DNA from: Eledone cirrhosa | Taxonomy: Eukaryota | Direction: 5' to 3' | Length of the DNA: 64,000 nucleotides | Assembly (NCBI GenBank): GCA_964016885.1 | Contig: OZ024742.1 | Span: 222,642,001-222,706,000, forward strand | Shown here: positions 24,801 through 39,410 of the stretch, in pieces | Position numbering within the stretch: position 1 is the first letter of the stretch | How the letters are laid out: every line of letters begins with the position of its first letter | Program-made: the position numbers and the translations under genes | The notes under the pieces: generated by a model | The model's input: the letters and a program-made list of their open reading frames with translations, nothing else | What the model was told of the DNA's origin: nothing | Database searches by the model: none

Positions 24801-25139
24801 ACCAAATCAATTACTAAAATAATTACAAATAAATTGTTAATTAAAGCCCGTCTTTAATTAATTAAAAAAATAAAGTAATAACTTTAAATTAAAATTCGCC
24901 TTTTTAGCTAATTATTAAAAAGTTGGAAAAGAAATTTCGTAAAATGAACTTCGGGAATAATCGTAAAAATAAATTAGAAAAATAAATAATTTTCACTAAA
25001 TAAATTGTCAAAATAAATTATTGTGGTGGGAATAAATAAATTGTAAAAATGAATTATTTGGGTGGGAAAGAAACAAAATTAAACAAAAATAATTATATAA
25101 AATATATTTATTACAAAACCGATTTGAAAGCAATTTCGA

Positions 25140-25171
25140 AAGTGAAACTTCAATACTGCCTCTAAACATTT

Positions 25172-25263
<92 letters not shown>

Positions 25264-25295
25264 AAATGTTTAGAGGCAGTATTGAAGTTTCACTT
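25140..25295. repeat. Perfect ~37-bp inverted repeat flanking a long (TA)n
   Basis: aagtgaaacttcaatactgcctctaaacatttaaatta-(TA)n-taatttaaatgtttagaggcagtattgaagtttcactt. Confidence 0.9.
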
Positions 25296-27749
25296 ATATA
25301 TATTTGGCTTTCATACAAAACTTAAACGATTTAATGAGGATTAAACGAATATTTTTATGCAATGTTGGTGGGAAATTATTGCTTGAAGAAATAAAAATTC
25401 AATAAAATGTTTGGCACACGAACTTATTCTATTTTGTGAAGTTTATTGAACTTTATTGAGCAAGACCAGTTTTACTCGGAACTAAATGGTGTTCATAGCT
25501 TATAGGAAGTTTATCGATAAATTAATTTTTAAAAAAAACAGATACATCCCTGTTGTTGAAACAAATCCAAAATCAAAAGTTTTCTTTTCAGAAAAATAAC
25601 TGTTTCAGTGTTTGTTTTCGTCGTGTTTTGTCTTGTTTTTGTTAGTTGTTTATTTTTGTTTTTTATTGATAATTTTATTCGATAGTAAACTGTTGGTTCC
25701 ACAAAATGGCAACCAATACACTTTGTAATATGGGTGGTGTTAGGAAGGGCAACCAGCTGTAGACATTACGCTAAAAAGGATGGAGAACAGTTTTCAGTTA
25801 TATGAAGGACATGACAATTTCCCTGGTATTAGTGCCACAATAAAGAAAATGTTCCAAACACACTGTAAATTGGTTGGTATTAGAAAGTATGTAGCAGTAA
25901 TTTGAACTTTTGTGCTGATGTCAGCAAAGTAGGTCAGGTCTCCACAAATACTGACCCCTAGGTAACATAATGTTCTTTTTTTTTCTTTGTTTGACACCTG
26001 TTAGTCTGGAGAAACTGGCCATCTACAGTTTATCAAAGATAAAACTTTCTTGACACTATTCTGCTCTTGTCTCTCAAAGGATACACACGATATACAGTTG
26101 GTTTTCAACAAACACAGAGATGTAATACTTAGCAAAACACTAGGCGCTCTTGACAAGGGCCAGATTCAATAAAGATCAGTCCACACAACACAGTAAATAA
26201 CATCTTTGGAATCATTACACATACACCACAACAACATAAGCCTTGTTTCTTTTTATTGTCAACAATAGCCTCGTAGTAGGCTATTAAATTAATAAATATC
26301 GTTCGCCTACACTCTGTACAAACGTGACTAACATCACAAAACAATCCACAAGTGAATAAAAAACCACAGTACCAACTAACATCGCTAACTCATCTCCGAC
26401 TACATCCAAAATAATATCTATCGCTACAAGTGCATCCAACCGTAGAAGCTATGCCAAACAAAGAGTTGTAGGGACTCTTTAGCTGCACAAGGACATGACA
26501 ACCTATTACAAACAAAGGCTTGAGAGGACTCTGCAACTGCTGTGTCATGGATATGACAGCCACCCTACTGTTGGTGCCATGATAAAATGTATCCAATGCA
26601 TTCTGTAAAATAGTTGGTTATAGGAAGGACATCCAGTCAAAGAAACTGTGGTGTTGCTGAAAAGGGACTGCCAGAAGTGTGGGCGATGTCTTACCAGAAG
26701 CAAAGGTCAAGTGACGTGACATTCGAGTGCCTATCACAGTCTCTTTTTCGTCAGATCATGACCTAGTGCGGACGTGTTTATGAAAGTGGGCGAGAGAGGC
26801 TCTGTAATTCTAGATCGGACATAAGTCACCTGGTCGCAGTGGGCATTCAGTCTGAATTCAAGTAGAGACGCAAGGTAGGTCCGTTCGCTTCCCATCACAG
26901 AAACAAAGGATTGATAAGACTCTTCAGTTGTGTCAAGGTCATGACCACTTCCCTAGTGCTGATGCCATGATAAAATTCACCGATTGTGCTCTGTAACGTG
27001 ATTGGTGCCAGGAAAAGCATTCAGACATAGAAACCATGACAAAAGTGGAAGGTAAGTAAATGAGATGTGAGGGTACAGTAACTTCAATTATGTACTGGTT
27101 TGGTCCGTGACAACATGTCCGACCCATGCCATTATGGAAAAACAGACATTAAATGAAGAGAATGACAATGACAATGATGATGGAGGAGGAGGAAAGCCAG
27201 TACCCATAACCCTATTCAGGGTTTCTAAGACTGATGGGAGAGAGAAAGGGAGAAAGTTATCTTCAAACTGGAGACCTGGTAAGAATGCTTGGAACAGTGT
27301 GGAATCAACTAAAGGTACCCAAGGGTAAGGTGGTGATATTAAACTGAGCAGAATATTAAATCTGTCACCCAATTAGGTAACAGCTTGATTTGACCTTCAA
27401 ATGCAAAGAGCTGGACGAAATACAAGGCATTTCATCGGGTACTCTAACAATTCCACTAATTCACTACTCATTTTATTGATCCACTAAAAGATGAAAAGCT
27501 AAGTTGACTTTGATGGGATCTGAATTCAATGCTGGGAGTTGGAAAAGATATCAACTTTTTTAGCAGGGTCAGGGGCGAGAGAAGAAGACTAAATGTAAGT
27601 TAATATATTTATTTATTTATTTATATCACTGACAGACTACTTTGCCTCAATCTCATCCAGCCGCACCCTCATCAGCAAGGTCCTCCTCAAGACAGCAGAA
27701 CTAAATGAGATCTGGGAACTGATTTCAGCTCTGGCTGATTGAAACAGTG

Positions 27750-28290
27750 AATGTGTTGCTGTCACCCAGTCCAACACAACTGGGACATCATGTACAGGTC
27801 AACTTGAGTCTTTTTTGGACCAACACCATTTCACACACCTCTGTTCCACCTCACAACCAAACAGTGGTGCATGGTTCAATTTGGTGCCCTCCTCATCAAC
27901 ACTTTTTTATGAAGATGACCCAGCGCTTTGGCCTCCGCATGTATGAGCCATACAAAAGGCGTTGTGGAGGCATTGGCGACTTCAGTCTGCACTCACTATT
28001 CTGCAACCATGGCACAGTCAGTTACCATGACATACTGCTCTGAACAACATAATCAGAAGGAGCATTGTCACAGCCGGCTTGCCATCAGATCTGAGGCCAG
28101 CTGGCCTCAAGTATGGTGATGGTAAGCATACAAATGGAATGACTCTCTTCTGATTCAAGAGAGATAAATCCCAAATCTGGGACGCCACATGCTGCAACTT
28201 GTTCTCCGCCTCCAGCCTTGTCACTTTGGCCGCAAACCCAGGCACCACTACTCAAAATGCAGAAGAGATGAAGATGATCAAATTCTTAGG
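27750..28290 (+). mobile_element. Old CRE-clade relic (zinc finger/RLE region); further scraps at ~30450-30540 and ~31490-31590
   Basis: RFGLRMYEP..RCG..LHSLFC, DGK..NGMTL..WDATC and ERVSLTIFRGNA motifs, homologous to the 5755-7380 element. Confidence 0.65.
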
Positions 28291-28534
28291 AAGAATGAAT
28301 AGGACTCAGTATGTGACATGATTGCACCTTTGAATTACAGATCCAATCTATCCGAAAGGCTTCCCTGCAGTTTCCATCCACTTAATTGCCTTCACAAAGC
28401 TTTCAGTGGACTCGAGACTATAGTAAAGACACTTGCTCAAGATGCTACACAGATCTAACATGAGACCTTATGATTGCAAAGTAAGTTTTTTCATTGCTCG
28501 TGCTTGCCTGCGCCTAACTTAATGATACAAAATT

Positions 28535-28945
28535 TTGTAATGATGCCTGTCTGCGAACTGCAATGTTACATGGCAGTGAAACATGGGCCTTGACTGCAGA
28601 AGAACTGCGAAGACTAGAACGAAAGGAGTCAAGTATGCACTGATAGATGTGTAATGTTAGTGTGCACGAGCAACATAGCATAAGCAAACTGAGAGGAAAA
28701 CTTGACATAAGAGGAATTGGATGTAGAGAAGAGTGTGTTGGTATGAACATGTGATGTATATGGAAGATAACAACTGTATAAAGAAAAGCAAAGGAACCCC
28801 AGTGTCTGAGACCCATGGATGAGGCAGACCCATGAATAGGATGAGGTTGTGAAGACCGACCATTAAAAAAAATAAACCTTACAACAGAGATGACTAAAGA
28901 TCGCGATGGCTGGTGCTATGTGGTGCTGAAGAAGACCCAACCTGC
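28535..28945 (+). mobile_element. Degenerate RTE 3' fragment
   Basis: MLHGSETWAL..LRRLER with stops and frameshifts. Confidence 0.75.
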
Positions 28946-31900
28946 AACATACAATGTTGCCTAACTTACCCCTCTTCCACTACCACTCACTAACAGCTAT
29001 TGTCAACACCACTACACCACCCCCACCATACACACACACACTTACACATTCATAGCCACTGCCCCCTTGAGAAATGGTTGGTGATGGGAAGAGCATCCAG
29101 CTGTAGAAAGCTTACCAAACAAAGGGTTGGGAGGACCCTTCAGTCATGTCAAGGACATGACAGTCTCCCTAGTATTTGGTGATCTTCATAATAAACACAC
29201 CCAGTACACACTGTAAAGTTGGTGGTGATAGGAAGGACTTCCAGTTGTAGAAAGCTTGCCAAACAGGGCTGCGAACATGACAACCTCTCCTGTGTGCTCA
29301 GTAGAGCATGAGACCACACATAAGCGAGACGCAGATCCCTGTCTAGGAGATCAGTAGCCCTGCTTTAGTACTGACCTGGTCTATGTAGACCCGTCCAACC
29401 CTTGCTAGCAGGGAACGCGGACGTTAAAAGAATGGTGATGATGTTGATGATGAAAACATTTTTACTTAAATCAAATATTGGTTTATAATTCAGGCAAAGG
29501 GCCAGTAATTTAGGGGTAGAGCAGAAAGCCAATTAAATCTATCTCCGCTACTTGATTGGTATTTTATTTTATGGACTCCGAAAGGATGAAAGGAAAGTTG
29601 TCTTGATAATGATTTGAACTCATGATTTAAAGAACTGGATCAAATACCGTAAAGATTTTGTTTGGCATTCAATCGGTTTTCCTAATAATATTCAAAATAT
29701 AACTTCTCTTCATTGTGTTTAAAAATTTTGAACTAACGTTTGGGAATTTATTTTCTATTCCTAAATGAGCCTTCCAGTTGTTCAATCAATGGAACAGCCT
29801 GCTCGGGAAATCAACATGTAATTTCCAAGGAGATTCAGCACGACACGGTGTGACATGACTACTCCTTTGAATTACAGGCACAATTCATCCGATAGGCTTC
29901 CATACAGTTTCTGTCACACCAATTTCATCCACAAGGCTTAATCGATCTGTGGCTATGGTAAATGACATTTGCTCAAGATGCTATGTAGTGGGGTCTACCC
30001 CAGGATCTTATATTTGCAAAGCGAGCTTCTTAACCTTTCGGCAGTGTTGCATTCATATTATTACTACGTCCCTTTACGATCTGAGTTCAAATCCCGCCGA
30101 GGTTGACTTTGCCTTTCATCCTTACGGGGTCGATAAAATAAAGTACCAGTAATGCACTGAGTAATTGCTGGCCTTGTGCCTAAAGTAGAAACAATTATTA
30201 CTGGTATATAACACGCGTGAAAAATACAAGGAAGATAACTCTAAATTTAGTTTTCTTTAAGTAATCTCCCCTGTTAATCTGTAAAGTATTATTCCAGATA
30301 TGTGTTGTGCTAAATACCTTACGAATTTAAGAAATTGATCAATAAGTACCAGTAGTTTACTAAGGTAGATTTATTATTCAACTTTTAGAGACCATTTACT
30401 AGATTTTGAGAAATTCTGTCAATAACGAAATTCATAAGATCCCACAGGTGTGAGCCTTGCGACCTGGAATGCGTCCTGGAACGCGTCTCCCTCACCATCT
30501 TCCGGGGAAATGCCTTCTCTATTCTATTCGCGGGGTCCCCCATTTGTTTATAATAGTGAGAGATGAGGAGAGGGAGAAAGACGGAGGCAGTGACTAAACC
30601 AGCATTGTAAACAAACGATACAACTAATAAATAATAAAGAGCTTATAAAATCCATTATTTTGGTAGTGTGTGCATTTATGTATATGTATGTGTATACCTG
30701 GTATGACGTTGTTGTAGTAACTGGCCTTAATAATTATACACAGACACACATATATGTATATATATATGTGTGTGTACGGGTAGATTGTTCATTAATGGAG
30801 GAGTTTTGTCTACTACATTAAATGTGTTCTTGCTTGCTTTATTCATTAACCCTGTAGCATTTATATTACTCTATATTTTTTATCCTATTTTGGGGTAAAG
30901 ACTCTGCCTCATATAATTTCAAAGAAGCATATAGAGGTACAAGCCGAAGCTGAATCATATAGACAATATGATCCAACCCGCTCCATTGCAACTGGTCGTG
31001 GAGGTGTCACAACAAAAAAGCACCCAGTCCACACTGTGAAGTGGTCGTGTAGGCACCACGATAAAAAGCATAGTACTCACTGTAAATGAGGTTGGTGTTA
31101 GGAAGGGCATCCAGCTGTAAAAATCAAGCCAAAATCAGTTCCTGTATGAGCAAGACATGCTCTCCCGACCTGGCATTGCCCACAACAGGACAACCTGTCT
31201 AAGCCATGCTAGCATGGAAGAATGGACATAAAACGGTGATGATGATGACCTTAACATCAGTATAAGTGGCCAGTTACAGTCGGTTTAAAAAGAAAGTGGT
31301 GTGAGAATTCTGGCCAGATGCAGCTGGTTTAAATGCTAAAGGGTTAACTTGGAGTGACTCCATTACTAGAGTCAGTTTAATCAACTAAATTTCTTTGTCA
31401 AAATTGGTGCGTATCAGTCTCGATTGCAGTGATGGTAGTGATAACCTTTTTCCCATTCAACATAGGGGGGGGGGGGTAAATCACTGATCTGAGATGACAT
31501 ATACTGTAACACTTTTCTGGCGCCAACCTCTTCACCTCAACTACAATCCTGGGCACAGCCGCCCATAACACAGAGGAGCAGAAGGTATTTAAAACTTTGG
31601 CTCTCCTCCTTTTGCGGTCGATAAATAAAGTACCAGTTCAGTACTGGGTTTGATTGTCTATATCTCTTTCTCTCTCAGAAATTAACTTTATTCAGACCTA
31701 GAGAGTTGTGGGCTCTGCCATGGTTAAATTCCCAGGAGAGCGTCCTTAACCACTAAGCCTTCATGCAACAAAAATAACAAAAGGAAATGGCCATAAAAAG
31801 TTAGCTGCTGTAATATTTGTAGATATATTAATAAAACAGAGGGTTACTATTGATAGACACAGTAATATATTTCTGCAGAAATATTATAAAATAGGTCTAC

Positions 31901-34109
31901 AAGGAATGTAACCTGGTTGATAAAAGGTAGTGAATAAGCAGTGTTGTTAGGGCATTGGATTAAAAATGCCTCCGCATTTTTGATTCACTGCACTTTGAGT
32001 TCAAATCCCGCTACGGCCAACTTTGCCTTTCATCATTTCAGGGTCGATAGTCCAGTACTCTATCTTTTTCTTTCTCTGGAAGAAATCACCTGTGTTCAGA
32101 CCTGGAGAGGGTGGGCTACACCAGGTTTAAAATGCCCAAGACATGCTGTGTCAGAACAGAGTCCCTAAGAATTCATCAGAAATTAAAGACACTTTACATC
32201 TCCCTTTTTTAACCTAGCTGATAATTTGGAAAATGTATGCTTAATGTTCATATTTGAGAAATAATTGTTTCTACTTTTGGCACAAGGTCAGCAATTACCC
32301 AGTGAAATACTGGTACTTTATTTTATCGACCCTGTAAGGATGAAAGGCTAAGTTAACCGCGGCAGGATTTGAACTCATTGAGAAATAATGGCTGCTGCAA
32401 TCTATTCTGTGCCTCACTTGCCACCTTCTGGCTCATATGTTAAGTTTTATGATAAAATGCACCCAGTACACTCTGTAAAGTGGTAGTGATTGCGCCATGA
32501 TAAAATGCACCCAGCCCACTCTAAAGTGGTATGGCTAGTGCCACAATAAAATGCATCCAGTACACTCAGTATTGTGGTAGTGCTGATGTTATGATAAAAT
32601 GCACCAAGTACACTGTGTAAAGGGGATAGCATTAGGAAGGCATCAAGCCATAGAAACCATGCAAAATATGGAATGTATAAATAAGCCGTAGTTCCCCAAC
32701 CCATCTAGCCTTCGTATGTGACAACCTGTCTAACCCATGTCAGCATGGAAAGCAGATGTAAAATGATTTGATTGTCCGTCCTTACTTGTAGTGATTGAAC
32801 AAAACTGGGAGCTTATCCCATTTTTCTGTGTGTTAAGTGACTGAAAGTACAAGATTCTTCCTTGGAAAGGACACCAGATATTCACAGGTTAACTCCTAGC
32901 TGCTGAGTATACTAGAACAATGTGAAACGAAGTGCTTTACTCAAAGATACAGCACATCTTCCAATCTGGGAATTGAACCCATAACCATATGATCATGAGC
33001 CCAATATCCTAACCACTATGCCATGCACCATCACATTTCATATTATCAATAAACATCCTTTTTCCATGCTAGCAAGGATTGGGCAGGTTATCACAGACTG
33101 AGTGAGTACTCAAGCGGAGTTACTGACCTCTCAGATGGGCCAGGGGCCTGCATCTCATGTACATACAATCTCATACTCTACTGAGTGCATTTGTCATGGC
33201 ACCAGCACTATGGACGTTGTCTTTGATACACTTGAAGACACCTCTCAACCCTATTTTGCAGGTTTTCTTCTTATCACCAACAACTTGCACCCAGTACACT
33301 CTGTAGAGTGTACTGGGTGCATTTATCATGTAGATCCCCAACATTAGGGAGGTTTTCATGCCTGGAGAATCTTTGACCCTTTGTTGGCAGGTTTTCTAAA
33401 GCTTGGTGTCCTTCCTATCAACTACTTTACAGTGTACTGAGTGTATTTATTGTGTAGATTACCAACACTGGTGAGGTTGTCAAGACTGAAGAGTTATCTC
33501 AACCTTTTATTTGGCCCGTTTCCTATGGCTTGATGCCATTTCTATCACCAACCACCTAAATTTGAATTGTTTACTTGTAGATTTTTGCAGTCTCTCAGTT
33601 AAAATTCTCTTCCTATGAACCTGGAAGTGCTGAAACAAGTTGAATACTACACATGGACATATGCTACCCTTATAGAATTCATAGGAAGAGTGTATTTCAT
33701 ATTTGTCATTTGAATATATATTGTTCAAAAAGGCCTGTAAAATGTTGCCTCAAAGAGTCCTGTCCAACCCATGCCAACATAGAAAGGATGTATATACTCA
33801 TGTATAACTCTCAGCTCCCATTTTATATACAATATTCTCGGCTCTGTACTTGACTCATCTACTAGACCTATAAAACTTGTATGTAAGTCACACCTCCATT
33901 TTACAACATTCTTGGCTCAGTACTTGATACATATGTAGGTCCAATACATAAATCACACTTCCATTTTTTCATTCAGTACATATAAGGTTTTGTAGGTCCA
34001 GTAGGTAAGTCACACCTCTGTTTTACATAGAAAATTTTTGGCCCTTTACTTGAATCACATATATAGTTTTGTAGGTATTAATACCAACCCTTACCTATGG
34101 TCATGAATC

Positions 34110-34530
34110 TTGGGTAATCACTGAAAGAACATAATTGCAAATACAAGCGGCTGAAATGGGGTTCCTCCAAAGGGTCTTTGGATTAATGTTACTCAATAGA
34201 GTGCGTAGCTTGAAGATCAGAGAGTACTCCAGGTAGAGCTGTTACTTCTCCGAATTGAAAGATCACAGCTCCGATACTATGGGTATATGGTTAGAATGTC
34301 TCAGGAAAGAATCACTGGACAGATTTTATAGGCAAAAACTAACCAGCATAAGACCCAGGGGTAGACCCCAAAAAAGATAATTGGATGACATCCAAGAGCT
34401 TGGCTGGTCTCGCTTGTGGATTCAGCTAGATCAGTTGGAGATGGTTGCTTCTGACAGGACCCACTGGAATGAGTGTTTGAGGATTCTGCCTCCACAACCC
34501 TCTCAGGAATAAGTGGGCGAAGAAGAATGT
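34110..34530 (+). mobile_element. Degenerate RTE-like LINE 3' end (second family, same as 52480-54880)
   Basis: PTLTYGHESWV..IQAAEMGFL and SQLRYYG motifs. Confidence 0.65.
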
Positions 34531-37496
34531 CCAGTAGATAATTCTCAACTTGCTCTTTTCTTTTTTTGTAGAAAAGATTTAACATATAAACAAGCATATT
34601 TAATCTGATATTGAATTGTTTGATATTGTAAAAGATACAGCTTAGCATAAGTAACTATCATACAAATTTTGATTAGTATGCTAATTAACTCTTTCATTAC
34701 CATATTTCTAATGAAAGACAGCTAATTATTTTGAAAGAAATGAAGAATTTGGTGGTATTTAGTAATATAACTTTCTCCTTATTAAGCTGGTGTTTAAAAC
34801 AAAGTTTCTAATGTAAAATGATTGAAGGTTTTTTTTTATATAAATATAATAAATATAACCATTTTAAGAATCAGGGATTGTTTGAAGTAGCTGAATAAGT
34901 ACACCATACCCTTGAATGTCTTAAGAAGCAACTAAGAAGATCCCTGTTCAGTGTGGCATCCAGCTGTAAAAAGTTGCCTCAAAAAATGTTGACATAAAAA
35001 ACAATGATGATATTCTACAAATACACAAATTACACATTTGATATGATTAGATTTTAAACTGAAAAAACAACCTGTGGCATGTGATAGCTGATGTGGGAGA
35101 TTTCTCTTTGGTCAAGTATTTTTTTTTTTTAAATACTGGAGTTTACCATTCATTACCATATTTCTAAGAAAAGACACTTGCCTATTATTTGCAAATCTTT
35201 TGGAAAATACTAAAGAATTTGGAATGACTTAGTAATATAAGCTAATGTTTGGCACAACAGTTCTCACATAAAAATTATGTTGGAAGGTTTTTAGATAAAT
35301 GTAAACACTTAACACTTAACACTTTCATTATTATATTTCAAACGAAAGACTGCTTATAATTCTCAAAAATAAATCATAAATTTTGAGGGATTTAGTAACA
35401 TAACTAACTTTCTCATTATTAAGCTGGTGTTTAGAACAAAGTAACAAAGACCCTTACATACAATTATGATGGAAGGTTTTTAGATAAATATATACACTGC
35501 TCGATATCGTAGCACCAGAAGCCCTTTCAAATGCTTTGATATCAAAAGAGATTAAAAAAAAAAAAAAAAAAAAAAAAAAACAATAAAAAAAACACATACT
35601 TTTTAGCCAAATTACATTTCATGGCAAGTTTCGCTTTATTTTGAAAGAACTGCGATAACTCCAGAACATGTTGTCTAATATACATAATTTTCATTTTCAT
35701 TTTTTTTTTTTTTTTTTTTTTTTTTTCTGTTACCAAGAGCTTTAAAATACAAGTTTTGTAGAAGTCCTATATATTTGAATTGTTGGTATGTTATACCCAA
35801 TATTAGAAAAGCTAGTCACAAAATCCCAAGTGTTAAATGTACATCACAGTAGTGATTTAAGTTGGTCAGTGTATGTGGTCACAGTAATAAATTGTTAGCA
35901 TATAGACAATCATGAGTTTATGTCTAGAGGTTTTTTTCAAAAATGTGTTTATAAAATATTTTTTTAAATATTCAGATTCATTGGGACAGCTATCTATTAA
36001 GAATCAATCTTAGAAAACAAAAAGTAGATTGTCAAAAATTGACCACAATCTGTTGCTTATTTTGGATATACCAAGTCATTTAAGAAGTTGTTTACTGAGA
36101 TAATGAAGGCTGTTACTAAATACTCTAAAGGTTTTTGTTATTGCCAGCTTGTGTGTATATACATATATATAAATACACAATGATCTCAAATATAAGCACA
36201 AGGTCACAAATTTGAGTGAAGAAAAGAGTAGTTGATTATGTTGTCAATCCTAGTATTTAATTGACTTTTTTTTAACAACTCCCCACTGGAAGGATATAAG
36301 GCAAAGTTTATCTTAGGATTTCAGTTCAAAACAAAGACAAGGAACAAATGCCACAAAGCATTTTGTCTGATATTCTAATGATTCTGCCAAACCATTGTCC
36401 TAGTTTGTCTATATACTACCTTCACTTCAAGTTTGTTCAGTTCAAATTTTCTGTCATTTTCTGCTATCATCAAATATAGAGTTCTGTTCAAATATATGAG
36501 GTTAGGCTTTGATATTGATTGTTTAAATAAGTGACAAGCCATAAAATAAACTTATGATTAAACAGTGTAAACCAGTGATTATCAAACAGGAGGCACTTTG
36601 CTCCCAAGAGAAGAATTTCACTGTGTGTATATATCAAATGAAATACCAATATACCCAACTAAGTGTACATTATGTATATATCAAATGAAATAGCAATATC
36701 CCTAACTATAAGGATGATCACAAATTTACAGTTTGCAAAAAAAAAAAAAAAAAAAAAAAAAAATGCTTCATTCATAACCCAGCTTGGTACTCTAGAATTA
36801 TTGAAGTTTAAAAAGCTTGCTTATGTTAACATGATGCTTGAATAAAAAAATTACACTAGATGACAATTCAAAATGGGGGAGTTGAGGAAACCTGAGATTG
36901 CAAGGGGAGGAATGTAACATGGATTCTCTGAGAACAACTAATATAATCAAATTGTACAAAAAATAACTTTTTTTTATTAAATGTCGAGCTACAGAGTTCA
37001 GATATGTGGTTAGTCCTTTTGATTGCTTGTTGAAATAAATGTCAGACCATCAAATAATATGAAGAATAAGTTGTGAAGGACAACAAGAAGGCTTAATATT
37101 GAAATCAGAAGTTTTGTGACGTTGTGATTGTAAATGCATTTTAATGAATATGGACTTAATATTAAGAGGAAACATGGTTGGATCGATTGAAGGAATGATA
37201 GGTAGATGCAATAGTAAAATCACTGGTGTTAAGAATGTATATGTGTATATATATATTTATATATACTTATCATGCTAGAATGAGTGGTGTATGTGTAATG
37301 CGAATGAGTGTTGTGTGTTTGTGTATGTGTAGCTGAGCAGATACACTGCTGGGCAACCCAGCTGAGATGTCGGTAGTTTCTTGTCACCAGCACTGTGTTC
37401 TAGCTGCACCCAAATGGCTTCTCATATCACACGGTCCACCTAAAAGAGGAAGACGTAAAGGCTTATTTCAGGATGCTGAACCTCACAAAGGAGATG

Positions 37497-37625
37497 AAGG
37501 CGGCAAATTGGTAGAGTCAGTAGAGCGTCGGATGAAATGCCTTGCGGTATTCGTTCCGGCTCTCTGTGCTCTGAGTTCAAATCCATGCAAGCATGGAAAA
37601 AAACGGGGCGAAACATGATGATTAT
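37497..37625 (+). mobile_element. Second SINE family (representative; fragments at ~30075-30200, 47585-47750, 54020-54195 and elsewhere)
   Basis: ggcggc...tggtagagtcagtagagcgtcg...ctgagttcaaatcc head; other copies continue gaggttgactttgcctttcatcc...gtcgataaaataaagtaccag. Confidence 0.7.
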
Positions 37626-38532
37626 GATGAGATATATATTATATATATATATATATATATATTTATATGCCTGTGTATATGTATGTATATGTGTGCATGT
37701 GTGTGAGTATATCAGTCAAAGTGAAAAAAAAAAAAAAGCCAGCTTAGTTATTTGATGACTAGAGATTGATAGAATATGTAATCAGACATAACTCAATCAA
37801 TATAATCATTATTGACTAAAACTCCTGAAGGGGATGCTCCAGCATGACCACAACCCATTAAAAGAGTAAACCCTGGGTTAATTTAAAAACTGATGAAATT
37901 TGTGACTAATTAAACAATGACAATCATGTATTCATTTACAATCCAAAATAATGCAAAACATTTTAAAGAAATTAAAAAAATTGCAAAGATAAGCTGTAGA
38001 CTGCACAAAATATCCTAAATATAATATTTTCATATTGATATACTCTATCATCATCAATTCTAATAAAATAACTTGAATGTATAAATCCTTTTGATACAAA
38101 AACAGCCCTAAAACCAGCTCTGGTTCTTTGAAACAAAACAACCCATTTTAAAGGATTATCTAAATTAAAATTTTCCAACAAAATTTTAGATAAGAACTAT
38201 GTGTTAAGTTACTATCTTAGTATAATGTAATAATTTTAGTAAATCCCTCAAAACTCTTCATCAATTAAAATATATTCACAAAAAGGTTAACCCTTTTGAT
38301 ACCAACCTGCCCAAACCAACCCTAATTCAATTAAACAAAACCACCCCTTTTAAAAATGTTATATAATGACCATATGCTAAATGACTACCTTAGTAATGAA
38401 ATAATTTTAGTAAATCCCTAAAAATTCTTCATTAATTAATTAAAATAGACTGTATTTCATTAGAAATACAGTCACAAACTGGTTAATGATACAATGAGGC
38501 AATGGTAAAAACAAAGGAATTTATTTGGTAAA

Positions 38533-38688
38533 CTACAAATTTTCCTTCATCACTTTTTTGGAGTAATCATCTAAGACTTGGAGAGCTCGGCAATGGATTT
38601 TCACTCCATAGGGTGTCAGAACTGAAGACAGCATAAAGGAGAGCTTATCGACATCTCCAGGATCTTCAACAGCCAGGAATAAATGGAA
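38533..38688 (-). CDS. Gene B last exon (FHLFLAVEDPGDVDKL...VMKENL*)
   Basis: tatttcag acceptor, phase 0; TAG at 38533-38535; AATAAA at ~38520-38525. Confidence 0.88.
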   Translation of the reverse strand, partial: FHLFLAVEDPGDVDKLSFMLSSVLTPYGVKIHCRALQVLDDYSKKVMKENL

Positions 38689-39002
38689 CTGAAATATATA
38701 AAATAATAAAATAAAATATAAAATTTAAAAAAAAAACCTAAAATAAAATATAAATGTATTAATATATGTCATAACACACTAAGATATTGATTTAACCCTT
38801 TAGCATTTAAACCGGTCATATCCAGCCACAACTATCTCACCTCTTTCAGTTCAAACTGGCCGCTCATACCTACATTATGGTATTGTTCTCAAAATAAATA
38901 ACATCAAAATCTCGTACATTCGATATTAAGTGAGATAATTATGTAAGATAAAGCCTTTACTGTGAAAATACAATAGAATAATGTAAATATTAAAGGGTTA
39001 AA

Positions 39003-39410
39003 CCTTTTCACGCTCAGAGTTGCTGAAGCATGGAACAGACTGCCTGCGTCAATTGTTAGCTGCCGAGACACTGCATCCTTTAAGACACTCATGCTTCCCG
39101 AAATACGCCAAAACTACACCTGATGTACCCCTTCCATACACATGCACACGTGTGTATCATGACTCGTGCACTGTTCATTTTACTGATGTTTGTGCATTGC
39201 CCTATGTACTGTACATGCACTTTTTTGATGAGTTGTGGTGCACCTGGGCACTGTACACAATATTTCATTATTGTTATTGTTATTATATCATGACTCATAC
39301 ACTGTTCATTTTCCTAACATTTGTACATTATTCTATGTACTATACATGCACCTTTGATGAGTTGTAGTGCACCTGAGCACTGTACACAATAATTTCATTA
39401 TTATTATTAT
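39003..39410 (+). mobile_element. CR1/L2-type LINE 3' end with duplicated 3' UTR and (ATT)n tail
   Basis: FTLRVAEAWNRLPASIV...SFK motif; the UTR unit is repeated twice (39160-39285 and 39288-39410). Confidence 0.7.

Noticed and set aside
33570-33625. Possible minus-strand exon (VHRKRILTERLQKST)
   Set aside because: It lies downstream of the gene B stop/polyA, within SINE-like debris, with no partner exons.
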